NCBI GenBank assembly: GCA_951406725.2
Contig: OX597815.1
Location: 208,072,001-208,136,000, forward strand
Direction of reading: 5' to 3'
Source: Octopus vulgaris
Lineage: Eukaryota
Length of the DNA: 64,000 bases
The translations under genes and the position numbers were made by a program. A model generated the notes under the pieces. The model ran no database searches, was not told the origin of the DNA, and saw nothing but the letters and a program-made list of their open reading frames with translations. Below, piece by piece: positions 38,700 to 51,079 of the stretch (position 1 is the first letter of the stretch; each line of letters opens with the position of its first letter).

Positions 38700-39282
38700 T
38701 ACTTCCTTCACTCATTTAACTGTGGCCATGCTAGAGTACCGCCTTTAGTCAAACAAATCGACCCCAGGACTTATTCTCTGTAAGAGTGGTACTGATTCTA
38801 TCGATCTCTTTTGTTGAACCGCTAAGTTACAAGGACGTAAACACATCAACATCGGTTGTCAAGTGATGATGGGGGGTACAAACACAGACACACAAACATG
38901 TATATATATATATCGCTAAATCCACAAGTATTTTTATTCTCTCTCTCATTATTTTCTCTTATTCCTTTCTGCTGAAGAGCATAGGCTCGAAACATAAACG
39001 ACTTTCTCACTTTCCTGAGAATCAAACTAATACACCTGCTTGTTGTTCATACACCTGTCTTCGTCTTTTGTTTTTCTGTAAATTTCAACTATATATACAT
39101 ACATACATACACACACACACATATATATATATACACACAACAGGCTTCTTTCAGTTCCCATCTACCAAATCCACTCACAAGGCTTTAGTCAGCCTGAGGC
39201 CTTAATAGAAAATACTTGCCCAAGGTGCCATGCAGTGAGGCTGAACCCAGAACCATGTGGTTGAGAAGCCACTCCTGCACCT
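38700..39282 (-). mobile_element. Family A SINE whose internal (TA)n hosts a hammerhead-bearing element
   Basis: Tail half at about 38700-38900 and head half at about 39135-39282. Confidence 0.78.
38913..39090 (+). mobile_element. About 180-bp pLTR-like element with hammerhead-like motif (38965-39000)
   Basis: Paralog of 20603-20793; CTTT-CTGCTGA-A-GAGC-ATAG-GCTC-GAAA-CA-TA-AACG; flanked by (TA)n. Confidence 0.68.
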
Positions 39283-40335
39283 TTAACTAAGTTTGTATGT
39301 AGCATATGGTTAGATAATGTTTTGACAATTTTTACCCGTGGCCCTTGTGGAAAGGGTATTAGGCTCTCTATCAAAAAGGTTGTAGGTTTGATTCTTAGAC
39401 TTGGCAACAAATTGTGTCCTTCGTCAAGGCACTTTATTTCATGTCATTCCAGTCTCCCCAGTTGAAATGAATACCAGTTCATTGCTAGGACAGCCCTTTC
39501 TCCTTGTAGCTGTAAAATTCTGGTAGTTGGGTCATGTGCAGTGAAACCAGGAAGGTGCCAACATCGACATGTGACCACATAGGCACTGAAAATAACTTGT
39601 GAAAACATAGTACATGCTTTCAAGTCCTCAATTCCTAGTGACAGCCATAGCAGAGCAGCAGCAGCAGCCGTCCCAGAATTTGGACCTGGAGATCTCCATT
39701 TCCAGCGACTTCGAGGGCCACCTCCCAGTGGTGTCGGGCATCAACGAAGAGCCCTCGACTACAAGACGACCAAAGTTTTTTTTTCTCAAGGTCTGAGGTC
39801 TCCCGCCCCTAAGCCCTAGACCATCGCCTAATAACCCTTACCCATCTTGTTGCTTAACAACAACAACAGCAGAAGCAGCAGCAGTAGCAGCAGCAGTAGT
39901 AGTAGTAGTAATAGTAACAACAGCAGCATAGGTGTGCTTTACCTCTTAGCTTTAAACTTACATTTATATTTCGTCTTAACATTTCAAAGCAAGTACATTA
40001 AAATACACATTATGAATCAGTAATCGCTGTCATTTACACCTGCAATTTAACCATGAACCACAGAGTACCACTTTTCAACCTGTGAACATTGCATTATCTA
40101 ATTCCTTTCCGAGACATAAATCTCTCCGGCTCTGACTCTACCTCTGGCAAACCTCAGTTTTACCTAACATGACATATACTCCAAATACTTAACCTCTTGC
40201 CATGAGTAGCAACACGTAGTGGTTTGGAATTTCCCCTTTCCACCACTCATCTCGTTCACTTGTAGTTCAGCTACAAAGATACTCCACTCTGATTTATATT
40301 TTCGCTTTCTAAGACCTAGCAAATCCTTAACTCTT

Positions 40336-40845
40336 TCTTATTTCTTTACTGCCCACAAGGGGCTACACACAGAGGGGACAAACAAAGACAGACAAACGGA
40401 TTAAGTCAATTACATCGACCATAGTGCCTAACTGGTACTTATTTAATCGATCCCGAAAGGATGGAAGGCAAAGTTGACTTTGGTAGAATTTGAACTCAGA
40501 ACGTAGCGGTGGACGAAATACCGCTAAGCATTTCGCCCGACGTGCTAACGCTTCTTATTTCTTTATTGCTCACAAGGGGCTAAACACAGAGGGGACAAAC
40601 AAAGACAGACAATACTTTTAATTTACTTTTTACTTGTTTCAGTCATTTGACTGCGGCCATGCTGGAGCACTGCCTTTAGTCGAACAAATCGACCCCAGTG
40701 CATAACTGGTTCTTATTTAATCGGCCCCGAAAGGATGAAAGGCAAAGTTGACCTCGGCAGAATTTGAACTCAGAACGTAGTGGCGGACGAAATACCGCTA
40801 AGCATTTTGCCTGGCACGCTGACGTTTCTGCCAGCTCGCCGCCTT
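40336..40845 (-). mobile_element. Chimeric B/A/B/B SINE concatemer
   Basis: B head, A tail, B tail and a 5'-truncated B, all between TCCT(T/C)AACTCTT direct repeats (40324-40335, 40846-40857). Confidence 0.75.
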
Positions 40846-40874
40846 TCCTCAACTCTTCTGTGAGTCAAATAAAG

Positions 40875-41780
40875 TTATCATCTCTGCTGATTAAAGGCTT
40901 TGCCTGTATTTTTTTATATTTTTTTCAGTTTTGAGTTTCTGTTCCTCATTCTTCTGAAGCTCATCTCATTCATTCTTTTATTTTGTTTGTTGTCATTCTG
41001 CTTCCTTTTTGGTCTATCAGAACTGAATCCGTTAACTTTTCTGTCCACTTGTCATCGATTCTTTCAACATGTCTCACCCAATTCCATTTCAATGATTTTG
41101 TAAATTTGACAGGATCTTTTACTTTCATTTGTTTTGATACCTTTTCCATTGTTCTGTGATTCTTCTAAATTATTTTAAGCATAACGTTGTCCTTGAATGT
41201 GTTAAACTTTTCTTAGCTTCTTCGTTACTTTCTATTGAGTCTTTTTGTGTTATATTCTCTGTCTCTAAATCATTTTTGTGATGGAGCATCACTTGTATAC
41301 CTGGTTTTTTAATGCTAACAGCAATTTTCTTAAAAATGGAATTTTCTTTCTCAAAAGTTTGTCAGCTTACGTTAATTTATCATTTGATTTCTTTACTTAC
41401 ACTCAGTTGTGTTCTTATAAGTTGGGCAAGGTAGGGAAGACTGTTCACTATCTGTAAAATATTTCTTCAATTTTCAATACCAGAACTTCACTTTATCAGT
41501 CTGTTGAAAATATTTTTTTTTCCCTCTGAATATCATTTTTCTTTCTGCAGCCTTGGTTTATGTAATCAGTTATTCTAACATAGAATGAAGTTTGGTTAAA
41601 TCTTCTGATACAAGTAGTATGTCAACTGCAAATTGAAAGCATATGAGAAACTTGCTGTCAGTTTTAATTTTAACTTCGTCTTCATCGTAATGCACTTTTC
41701 AAAACACTTCTTTATGAGCAGGCTGTGAAAAAATTAAGGGAAATACAATTTCCATGTCTTGCACATATTTGGAATAACCA
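40875..41780 (-). mobile_element. Decayed RTE-clade LINE (RT to C-terminus; may continue to about 42330 past an insert)
   Basis: Minus-strand remnants ARHGNCISLNFFTAC (like RQGD.ISP.LFTAC), FQFAVDILLVSE (like LRFADDILL), PYLAQLI (like YLGQ), LKWNWVRHVER..DKWT (like KW.WAGHV.R..RWT) and GKAFNQQ (like GEAF.QQW). Confidence 0.78.
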
Positions 41781-44419
41781 TTGGCTCTAATATTTGTGTA
41801 GCTTGTTCAAAGATTTAGCATGATGGTAGATGCATTTCAGATATTGACGTGTGTTGGTTCTGCACCTTGGTTTGCTACGGCTGTCATCACTCCTGATAGG
41901 TCCACAGGGGTGAATGATTTTATATAGTGGTTGTATACTGTCAACACAATGTGACAGTTCTGTAAAGGGAATCACACCACCGCTATTTAACCCTAGGAAG
42001 CATCGACGCTTCCTGTCAGCTTTGACATATTTCCTGTGTCCTTATATTTGCAAAGGGGAGGCAAGCACCCCTGCCAGCTAGGATTAGCACCTGAACATTT
42101 CTAAGAATGATTTTATATAATCTGCAAAGGCTGTATAGAACATGATGCTATTTCCATTGATTTTCAATTAATTCATTCAAGTCATTTAAGGGATTGACTT
42201 TCTAAATCTAACCAATCACAGTTTGCTTTGGGTTGAGGACATCTACTTCAACAAAGTTGTCTTCAAAATCCTAAATGACTTCTATGGCTTTAACCCATTT
42301 CCTTCGCCTGATCCACATAGTCCACTAGCTTAAATATTTACAGTTCCGAACAACTTACAGTAATTAATCGCATCAATCACTAGAGCTTCCGATTTACATG
42401 ATACTTTTAAGCTATATCTCACCTGCAGACTTGGTGTTAACTCTGATCTTACAACAGCCATAACTCTAGCATACCTGAGTTGTTGGTTTATTACTGCAAA
42501 TCACTGTAGACTAAAATGTTACTTTAGTATTACATGTAGATTAAATCAGTTGAAATCCACCAAATCTCAGTTAAGTATTACTAACAGTAAGAAATCTTTC
42601 ATAGTTGACCAAATATGAAATAACGAAACACCTAACAGAACCAAACACTCAAGGAATATTTGCCCAAATATATATATATACACTAACAAACCATGTAATT
42701 CGATAATTGTTAAGTGATTTACAAAATGTGTTTCTCAGTAATGTTACATGCTATTGACATATTCTAAAACAGTTCAAATAAATCACTTCCTATCCTTCAT
42801 TTTTGTCAGTTAGTCTTCAATTAGGATAGCTTTACCTTCTTATCTTTTTTGTTATTTTGGTATTTCTGGTGCCTAAGGAGTCCAGTCTTTGCATAAAACG
42901 TGACTACACACAAGTTACACTTGATAGAAAGAGCTAGAAATGTTTGGAGTCGGTGATTTTTCATGTTTATTGAGTGTACAAATTACAGTGTACTGATTTT
43001 CTTGTGCAAAGTGTACCAATTGCAATGTCTGTTATTGCGCTGAACACCTTATTCCCTTCTAAAAATCTAAGCCATTAAGCTTCTTTTCAGAAATTCTTAT
43101 TCCTAATTGAAAAGCAGGAAGGATAGCAGAAACAATGATGGCTTGCATAGGTAGTTTGCAACATTTCATTTAATATTCTATCTACTATTTAGAGTTCAGT
43201 TTAAGTTAAGATCAGCTTTATATTTCTTAAGTCTGGTAGAGATAAATAAATATCAGTCAAGTTGATTTAATCTTCTTTTTCTTTATTTCCTCCTCTATGA
43301 AATTGATATTATGACGAGGCAATAAAAATTATAATCATTAATTTATCTAATTTATGTATTTATTCAAAATAAAAATTTGTGATTATATTTGAGCAGAAAA
43401 ATAAACCTCCATTAACGTCAGAAGAGGATCTTTGTAATCAAGCAGTAAATATAGAAGACAGCAGGGGAAAAAAAAGTGAACTTGATTCAATTAAATGAAG
43501 GCATAAATTGTATTCTGTACTCTCATGGCATGGAACAGACTTCTTGGAGTCCTTAACTCAAAGTCAATCTAACAGCGAAACCAAAGCCTAACTAATTTTG
43601 ACTTGAAACTACTAAAATTTGTAACAGAATTAATTTAGGATGAATTATCAGGGAAAAAAAATTGTTGTGAAATTAAGATGGCTGATCAAGGTGAATGAAA
43701 GAATGTTGATTTGAAATGATGAAAGGAGTGAGATGAAACAGAGATATGGAAGTGATATTCACATGAAAGGATATTTTTCTTACTGATAAACAAAATACCA
43801 CCACCAACATCACCACCATATTTGGCACTATTAACCCTGTCTTTAGAATAGAATATGCACCAACATGGAAGAAGATACAGTTCACTGCCGTAGGCAGCAG
43901 AATAATTGACAAGGATTTTTTTTTTTGTTTTTGCATGCATGCGTATGTACTGTGATGAGCTAAAAGCCTCCAGAGGCAAAAGCTTCTACAACAGCATCTA
44001 CAAAAACAACAACAACAACGACAAAACATACACGAATGAAATAAACTCGTGCTATGAACAAGAGTGTGAACAAGAATGAAACAGGTTTCTTCCCCTGCGT
44101 TCACAGTATTTTCAGATATAAAATAATTAGAACTTTTACCACATGCTTTTGTAGCACTCTAATTGAATGATTTTATTGATTAATAGTAATATGTGTAGCA
44201 TGGAAAATAATTAAGAACTGATTGAGAGACAGAGAAAACAGCAAAACATGGCATTGTTACTAGTTTACTATTTTCATTTCAATGATTATTTGCTTTGTAC
44301 CTGTTGGAATGCAAAGGAAGTTTCCACCTAAGAAAGGACAACTAATCTGACAGGTGTAAAGATTAAACTAATATGAACCATATCAATAAGGTCAGTGTAT
44401 GAGGCTGTTATAGTCTAAT

Positions 44420-44885
44420 TTTATCTTTTTATCTTTTACTTGTTTCTATCATTGGGTTCTGGTCATGCTGGTGCACCACCTTGAATGGTTTAAGTCGAAC
44501 AAATCAACCCCAGGACATAATTTTTTTTAAAATGCCTGGTACTTATCTTATGGTCTTTTTGGCTGTACTGCTAAGTTACAGGGACATAAACAAAGCAACA
44601 CTGGTTTTCAAGCAGTGGGGCAGCATGACAAACACAGACACAAAGATGCATTTACTCACATAGATATATACACACATAGATGCACTACACTCCATATGTG
44701 TGTGTGTGTATGTGTGTGTGTTGGGCTTCTTTCAGTTTCTGCCAACTAAATCCACTCACAGGGCTTTGGTCAGCCCATGGCAAAAGTAGAAGACACTTGC
44801 CCAAGATGCCAAGCAGTGGGACTGAACCCAAAGTCACATGGTAGAGAAGCGAACTTCTTATCACACAGCCATGTCTATGCCATAC
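44420..44885 (-). mobile_element. Family A SINE, diverged
   Basis: Collinear with the reverse complement of 7908-8319. Confidence 0.8.
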
Positions 44886-45255
44886 AGTCACACTAGTATG
44901 TTTATAAGTGTTTATACACACACACATATGTATCTGTGTGTGTGTGTGTGCATCTAGTTTGATACTAGGACTGGTTGACTTGTGTCCTTGAACAACACAC
45001 ATCACTACAGGATGCTCCAGTTTATTCAACTGAAACTGAGTACCAGTTGAGCACTGGTACAACAATCCCTGCCTCTGGCTGTCACACTTCGATGTTCTGC
45101 TGTTTCAATCAAGGGTTGAAAGGCCAAGATGGTATTTGTATCTGCTAGTGACTACACTGACGCCTAAAACATTTAGGGAAAACATGGAACAAGCTCCAAG
45201 ACCATACCAGTGAACGACAGCTAAACTGCTTTTGTACTGTATATTTAAACAAACT

Positions 45256-45561
45256 GTGGAGGTGCAATGGCCCAGTGGTTAGAGCAGTGGACTCTCAGTC
45301 ATAGGATCGCAGTTTCGATTCCCAGACCAAGCGTTGTAAATGTTTATTGAGTGAAAACACCTAAAGCTCCACGAGGCTCCGGCAGGGGTGTTGGTGGCAA
45401 TCCCTGCTGTACTCTTTTGCCACGACTTTCTCTCACTCTTTCTTCTGTTGGCCTGCTTGCTTAGCCAGCTGGGTGGCATCATTTGAAGGCTAAAACAATA
45501 CGAAGCGCATTGTGACCAGTGATGTGTAGCATCCTCTGATAGCCTGGTCAGTCACAGTGAT

Positions 45562-45570
<9 letters not shown>
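45256..45570 (+). mobile_element. Family C SINE with tail type 1
   Basis: Collinear with 26348-26650. Confidence 0.87.
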
Positions 45571-45610
<40 letters not shown>

Positions 45611-45698
45611 GAAGTAAGCACATAAATGTGAAACAAGGTGGAAAAAAGAGTACTCAAATACCAGAAGTAGAGTAATATGCTTTATTTAAAAGCAGCAG

Positions 45699-45746
<48 letters not shown>

Positions 45747-46389
45747 ACACTCATGCCTTGGTGGTCAGGGTATTTGGCTGATGATCTTAAGAGCATGATT
45801 TCAATTTAAACAAACTAACTAGAAGTCACTTTAGTCAACTAGAAGTAGTAGCCATCAAACCACAAATTTCCTTCAAACCACATCTACTGACTTGGCAAAG
45901 GACTTATTGGATAATATAGTCTGTAGCATACTCTATCAGGAGTATGCTACAGTGGACACCCTCCATCACCAACCTACCAATAAAGAAAAAAAAAAAAGAA
46001 ATAGATAGAATGATCTTAGCTGGAATGTGTTTGATTTTATACATCTGCTGTTTGGTCAAGACCAAAATGAGATTATTCTATGCCTCCTCTACTTCAACAT
46101 CTGATTTCATCCTTGATGTCTCCTTCTTCTTTTCCTATTTTTTCCCCTTTTTCTAAGACATTATTTCTTTATGTTTATGTAGAAACACAATGCACAAAAA
46201 AAGGAAAAAAATTTTTTTTAAATAAATAAATAAATAAAATTTTAAAAAATTGTCAAGTAATTTTGACTTCCTTTCAAATTTTATTTCTCAAACATTGCAG
46301 AAATAATAAAATGAAGATTAGAGGAACAAAATGGTTTTATAATCCTTAAGGAGATGACAAAAAATAAGATTTTGTAAAGGAAGCAGAAG

Positions 46390-46519
46390 ATGTGACTACT
46401 GCTACTACTACTACTACAGCTGTTGATGACGACGATGATGATGACGATGACGACAACAATGATGATGATTATTATTAAGATGACTTTGATGCTTTGCACT
46501 CCAAATATGTTACTATTGA

Positions 46520-46562
<43 letters not shown>

Positions 46563-46752
46563 CCATGGTGGTGATGGTAGTGATGGTGGTGGTAGTAATA
46601 ATAGTGGTGGCAGTGATAGTGGTAGTAGTAGTAGTAGCAGCAGCAGCAGCAGTGACGGTAGTAGTAGTGGTGGTGGTGATGGTGGTGGTAGTTGTAGTAG
46701 TAGTAGTAGTAGTGGTGATGGTGGTGGTGATGGTGGTGGTGGTGGTAGTAGG
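46390..46752. repeat. Compound (CTA)/(GAT)/(TAG)/(TGG) microsatellites
   Basis: Direct inspection. Confidence 0.9.
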
Positions 46753-47163
46753 TTCTATTATTCATCTCTTGCAACGTTTCAATTTGAAATATCTTTATGG
46801 ATTTAAAAAAAATACAAACAAGAAACAAACAAAAAAAAAAGAAAAAGAAACCATTAGCTTACATCTTACATAGAGTAGGTGGGGGAGGGGGGAGTAGAAG
46901 GGGAAAAAAATGTTTAATATTATTTCAGAAAACATTGCTTTTAACATAAATTCCTCATCATCATTAAGGTTAACCATTCCCCCACCCGCATTCACTACCA
47001 TATACACACTATATATTAGCTACACACACACACATACACACACAATGCACCACCATCTGGATTATCACCCTTGTAATCTCTGCTTCTTTTCCACATCTTT
47101 GTCATCATTTTGACTATATTATGTAGTATGTCTTTCATGTTTGCTTTGCTATATTACGCTATA

Positions 47164-47334
47164 GGCGCAGGAGTGGCTGTGTGGTAAGTAGCTTGCTAAC
47201 CAACCACATGGTTCCGGGTTCAGACCCACTGCATGGCATCTTGGGCAAGTGTCTTCTGCTATAGCCTCGGGCCGACCAATGCCTTGTGAGTGGATTTGGT
47301 AGACGGAAACTGAAAAAAGCCTGTCGTATATATG

Positions 47335-47371
<37 letters not shown>

Positions 47372-47590
47372 TTGTGTGTCTGTGTTTGTCCCCCTAGCTT
47401 TGCTTGACAACCGATGCTGGTGTGTTTACGTCCCCGTCACTTAGCGGTTCGGCAAAAGAGACCGATAGAATAAGTACTGGGCTTACAAAAAGAATAAGTC
47501 CCGGGGTCGATTTGATCGACTAAAGGCGGTGCCCCAGCATGGCTGCAGTCAAATGACTGAAACAAGTAAAAGAGTAAAAGAGTAAAGAGA
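47164..47590 (+). mobile_element. Family A SINE, full length, young
   Basis: Highly similar to 7908-8319. Confidence 0.92.
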
Positions 47591-48342
47591 GTATGCAAGC
47601 AACAGAAATGAAGGCCTCTGGGAACAGTAGAAATGGGGCTTTGAATTCCCTCAAAAAAGCAAAAAAAAAATAGCATGTAAAATACTCCAAGGAAACAATA
47701 TACCAGGTGAAGTGTGAGATAATACAATAGGCCAATGTGGATTGCTGACCCATCATTTTCCTGTTATTTCATCTATTTATTTATTTCAACTCCTGGTAAG
47801 GTGATGGGCTGGAGGGGGGGGGGGTAAAGATAAAATTAATCCTTTTATAAGATGTCAGAAATATCTAGCTAACTTCTAATACATTTGTTCGCCAGTTTTC
47901 ACACTGGTGATTTTTAAAGATATTTCAATAGAATTAAACCTAAATTTATTTTCCAGCAGTCCATTTTGTAATGTTATTTCATTGTATCCTGTGTTGGAAA
48001 AATCTTATGAGCATTCATAGAATTTGTAAAACATAAACAAGAAATATAACTAAATTCTGTTGTTAACATATAATTCTATTTACATTAATTCTTCTTGGTT
48101 TTCTTAGCCAGTTTATTATATTCAAGTATATTGAACAGAATTTTCTTACATCTTACAATATTAGATTTATCATACTTGGTCTATTTATTTAATATTTCGT
48201 ATTCTAAGGTGTTCAGTTGGAAATTTTGAAATTCATTCAGTTTATATTTGTACATATATACATATGTACGTATGTACATACATACATACATGCATAGATT
48301 TGGTGATGTGAACAGGAAAACAGAATACAAAACATGAGAATA

Positions 48343-48650
48343 TCATCATCATCATCATCATTGTTTAACGTCCGTTTTCTGTGCTAGCATGGGTTGGACA
48401 GTCTGGTAAGCCAGGAGGCTGCACCATGCTCCAGTCTGATCTGGCAGTGTTTCTACAGCTGGATGCCCTTCCTAACGCCAACCACTCCGTGAGTATAGCG
48501 GGTGCTTTTTACGTGCCACTGGCACAGGTGCCAGGGGAGGCTGGCAGCGGCCACAATTGGTTGGTGCTTTTGACGTGCCACAGGCACAGGTGCCAGGTTA
48601 GGCTGGCAGCGGCCACAATTGGTTGGTGCTTTTTACGTGCCACTGGCACA
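48343..48650 (-). mobile_element. Family E element
   Basis: (CAT)n, CTGGATGCCCTTCCTAACGCCAACC and tandem TTACGTGCCAC units. Confidence 0.85.
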
Positions 48651-48745
48651 GATATATGTATAATTGCCATTAAATATGAACACCTACAATGCTAGAAATA
48701 AGAGCTAAAGCACTCTGGTGCTGCAGTCAACGCACATAATTTTAT

Positions 48746-48878
48746 ACTGCATCCTGACACTGCATCCTTTAAGGCCCTCATGCTTTCCGAAATCCGTCGA
48801 AACTACACCTGATTATATATGCACTTTAGATGAGTTGTAGTGCACCTGAGCACTGTACACAATGTTTATTATTATTAT
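48746..48878 (+). mobile_element. Short CR1 3' fragment with (ATT)n tail
   Basis: TGACACTGCATCCTTTAAGGCCCTCATGCTTTCC..GTAGTGCACCTGAGCACTGTACACAATG matches 1945-2161. Confidence 0.85.
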
Positions 48879-49010
48879 ACATATATAGATACCGACAGTG
48901 ACCATAAACGGCCGATAGTGGCAGCTGAGACATCCCTATACAGCCAGACACTTTCGTCTTTAACACCAGAGCATCTTCGGTAAGGTCTGCACCACTCACC
49001 AGATTCTGGG

Positions 49011-49062
49011 TCCTACTGAAGAGGCTCCAGTGTTAAAGCTGAAACTGTCTGACAGTATAGGG
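49011..49062 (+). ncRNA. Type-I hammerhead ribozyme motif, canonical core
   Basis: TCCTA-CTGAAGA-GGCT-CCAGTGTTAA-AGCT-GAAA-CTGTC-T-GACAG-TA-TAGGG; degenerate mirror copy at 48934-48985 on the minus strand. Confidence 0.75.
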
Positions 49063-49257
49063 ATATCTCAATTGCCTCTTTTGGCCGTTTATGGTTGCTG
49101 TCAGTATGTATGCATACAATTGTGTGTATTGACTGCCTCAGGGCACTTTAGCTCTTATTTCTAGCATTGTAGGTTTTCTAACTCCCTCAGTCATATCTAA
49201 TGACAATTATAGTTTTCCTTTTTGGTAACACATTGCTAAACCGCTGCCTACTTTAAT

Positions 49258-49291
<34 letters not shown>

Positions 49292-49769
49292 CCCAGATTT
49301 TCGTCACTCACTCCCCCCTCTCTGCACTCTTCAATCACACTTCCTTCGCAATATCCTGCCACTTATGTTATAGCATTCGAACCTCAACAGTATGCCCTGG
49401 CACTTGCCACCATCTATGTCTCTCTCTTCCTTTACTCAACCATTCCATTTATATTCTGATCCCCGTTCCTTGTGAATATACCTGGCACTTTGCCACTATC
49501 TCTATCCTGCTGTCTCCCACTATCTCTCTCTCTTTCTCCCTCTCCTTCTCCTGCACTTCCCTCAGGTTGGGTAACCATGTTTTTCCTTTGCAGTAGCACA
49601 CCTGTTTTTGTCTTCATTCCTGATCTCTCTCTCTCTCTGTTCTTCCTCTACAGCAAGACACCTGTCTCTGTCTCATTACAACCTTTCATCATCCAACACA
49701 AGATCACCTTCTCCAATGCCGTCTCTTCCCTTAAAATTTTTTTTTTTTTTTTTTTTTTTGTCTTGGCGA

Positions 49770-50075
49770 CCCTGTCAGTGCAGGTGCCACTTAAAAGCAC
49801 CCAGTCCACACCGTAAAGTGGTTTGTGTTTGGAAGGGCCTCCAGCTGTAAAAATCTTGCCAAAACTGACCTCACCTTTGCTTGTGCCATGAGAAAAGCAC
49901 TAAGTCCACTCTGCTGAGTGGTTGGTGTTAGGAAGAGCATCCAGCTGTAAAAATCCTGCCAAAACAGTCACAGAAGTCTGGTGCAGGCTTCTACCTGTTC
50001 GGCTCTTGTCAAACTGTCCCACCCATGCTAGCATGGGAGGCAGACATTAAACAGTGATGATGATGATGATGATAT
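49770..50075 (+). mobile_element. Family E element, diverged, internally duplicated
   Basis: Two GGAAG(G/A)GC(C/A)TCCAGCTGTAAAAATC units and a (GAT)n tail. Confidence 0.72.
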
Positions 50076-50350
50076 ATATATATATTCAACCCATGCTAGC
50101 ATGGGAAGCAGGCATTAAACGATGCTGTTGATTGATGATGATATAACCCAGATATAGCTGTATGGTGAAGAAGTTTGCTTGCCAACCATGAAATTTCCTC
50201 ACTTGGAATATTACCTTCTTTGGAGACGTATTAAGGTTGGTAACAGAAAACCTTCTTTGACATATTCCTTCTGATTGACGTGAGCTTGAATGAGTGGAAG
50301 TTAAAATGATGATGATGATGATTATCATCATATACATATATACATACATA

Positions 50351-50758
50351 CAGGAGTGGCTGTGTGGTAAGCCACACAGGTTCTAACCAGCCACATGGTT
50401 CTGGGTTCAGTCCCACTTGGGCAAGTGTCTTCTGCTATAGCCTCGGGCCGACCAAAGCCTTGTGAGTGGATTTGGTAGACGGAAACTGAAAGAAGCCTGT
50501 CGTATATATGTATGTATATATGTATGTGTATGTATATGTTTGTGTGTCTGTGTTTGTTCCTCTAGCATTGCTTGACAACCGATGCTGGTGTGTTTACGTC
50601 CCCGTTACTTAATGGTTGGGCAAAAGAGACCGATAGAATAAGTACTAGGCTTACAAAGAATAAGTCCCGGGGTCGATTTGCTCGACTAAAGGCGGTGCTC
50701 CAGCATGGCCGCAGTCAAATGACTGAAACAAGTAAAAGAGTAAAAAGAGTAAAGAGTA
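50351..50758 (+). mobile_element. Family A SINE
   Basis: Collinear with 7908-8319, rearranged head. Confidence 0.88.
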
Positions 50759-50764
50759 TATATA

Positions 50765-51060
50765 TATGGCTTAGTGGTATGGGTATTGCACTCATGATTG
50801 TGGGATTGTGGTTTCAATTCCTAGACTGGGCATTGCATTGCGTTCTTGAGCAAAGTATTTCATTTCATGTTGCTCTGCGATCATTTCGTCATCTGACATG
50901 TGGCACATGGTGCACCTGTACAGGTAATGTTAATTTGATGGAGGGAATGAGCTTATGTGTACACAAACATTTGATCACTATAAACAAATCATCTGTGAGG
51001 TTGTTTGGCAAGAAATTACCAAACCCTCATATGTCGTCTAACGACAGGAGAGTCCATGGT
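50765..51060 (+). mobile_element. Family D-like SINE head with a different tail (type 4)
   Basis: TGGCTTAGTGG, GGTTTCAATTCC and TTCTTGAGCAAAG..TTTCATGTTGCTC as in family D; distinct 3' part. Confidence 0.6.
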
Positions 51061-51079
51061 GATATATATATATATATAC

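Larger units (their letters stand above)
48660..49210. mobile_element. Diverged fold-back pLTR-like element with hammerheads; left arm interrupted by a CR1 tail
   Basis: ACCTACAATGCTAGAAATAAGAGCTAAAG / CTTTAGCTCTTATTTCTAGCATTGTAGGT and CCATAAACGGCC / GGCCGTTTATGG are inverted pairs. Confidence 0.72.

Noticed and set aside
43673-44104. 143-aa Cys-rich ORF
   Set aside because: The Cys run comes from (CAA)n read on the minus strand; no domain pattern recognised.
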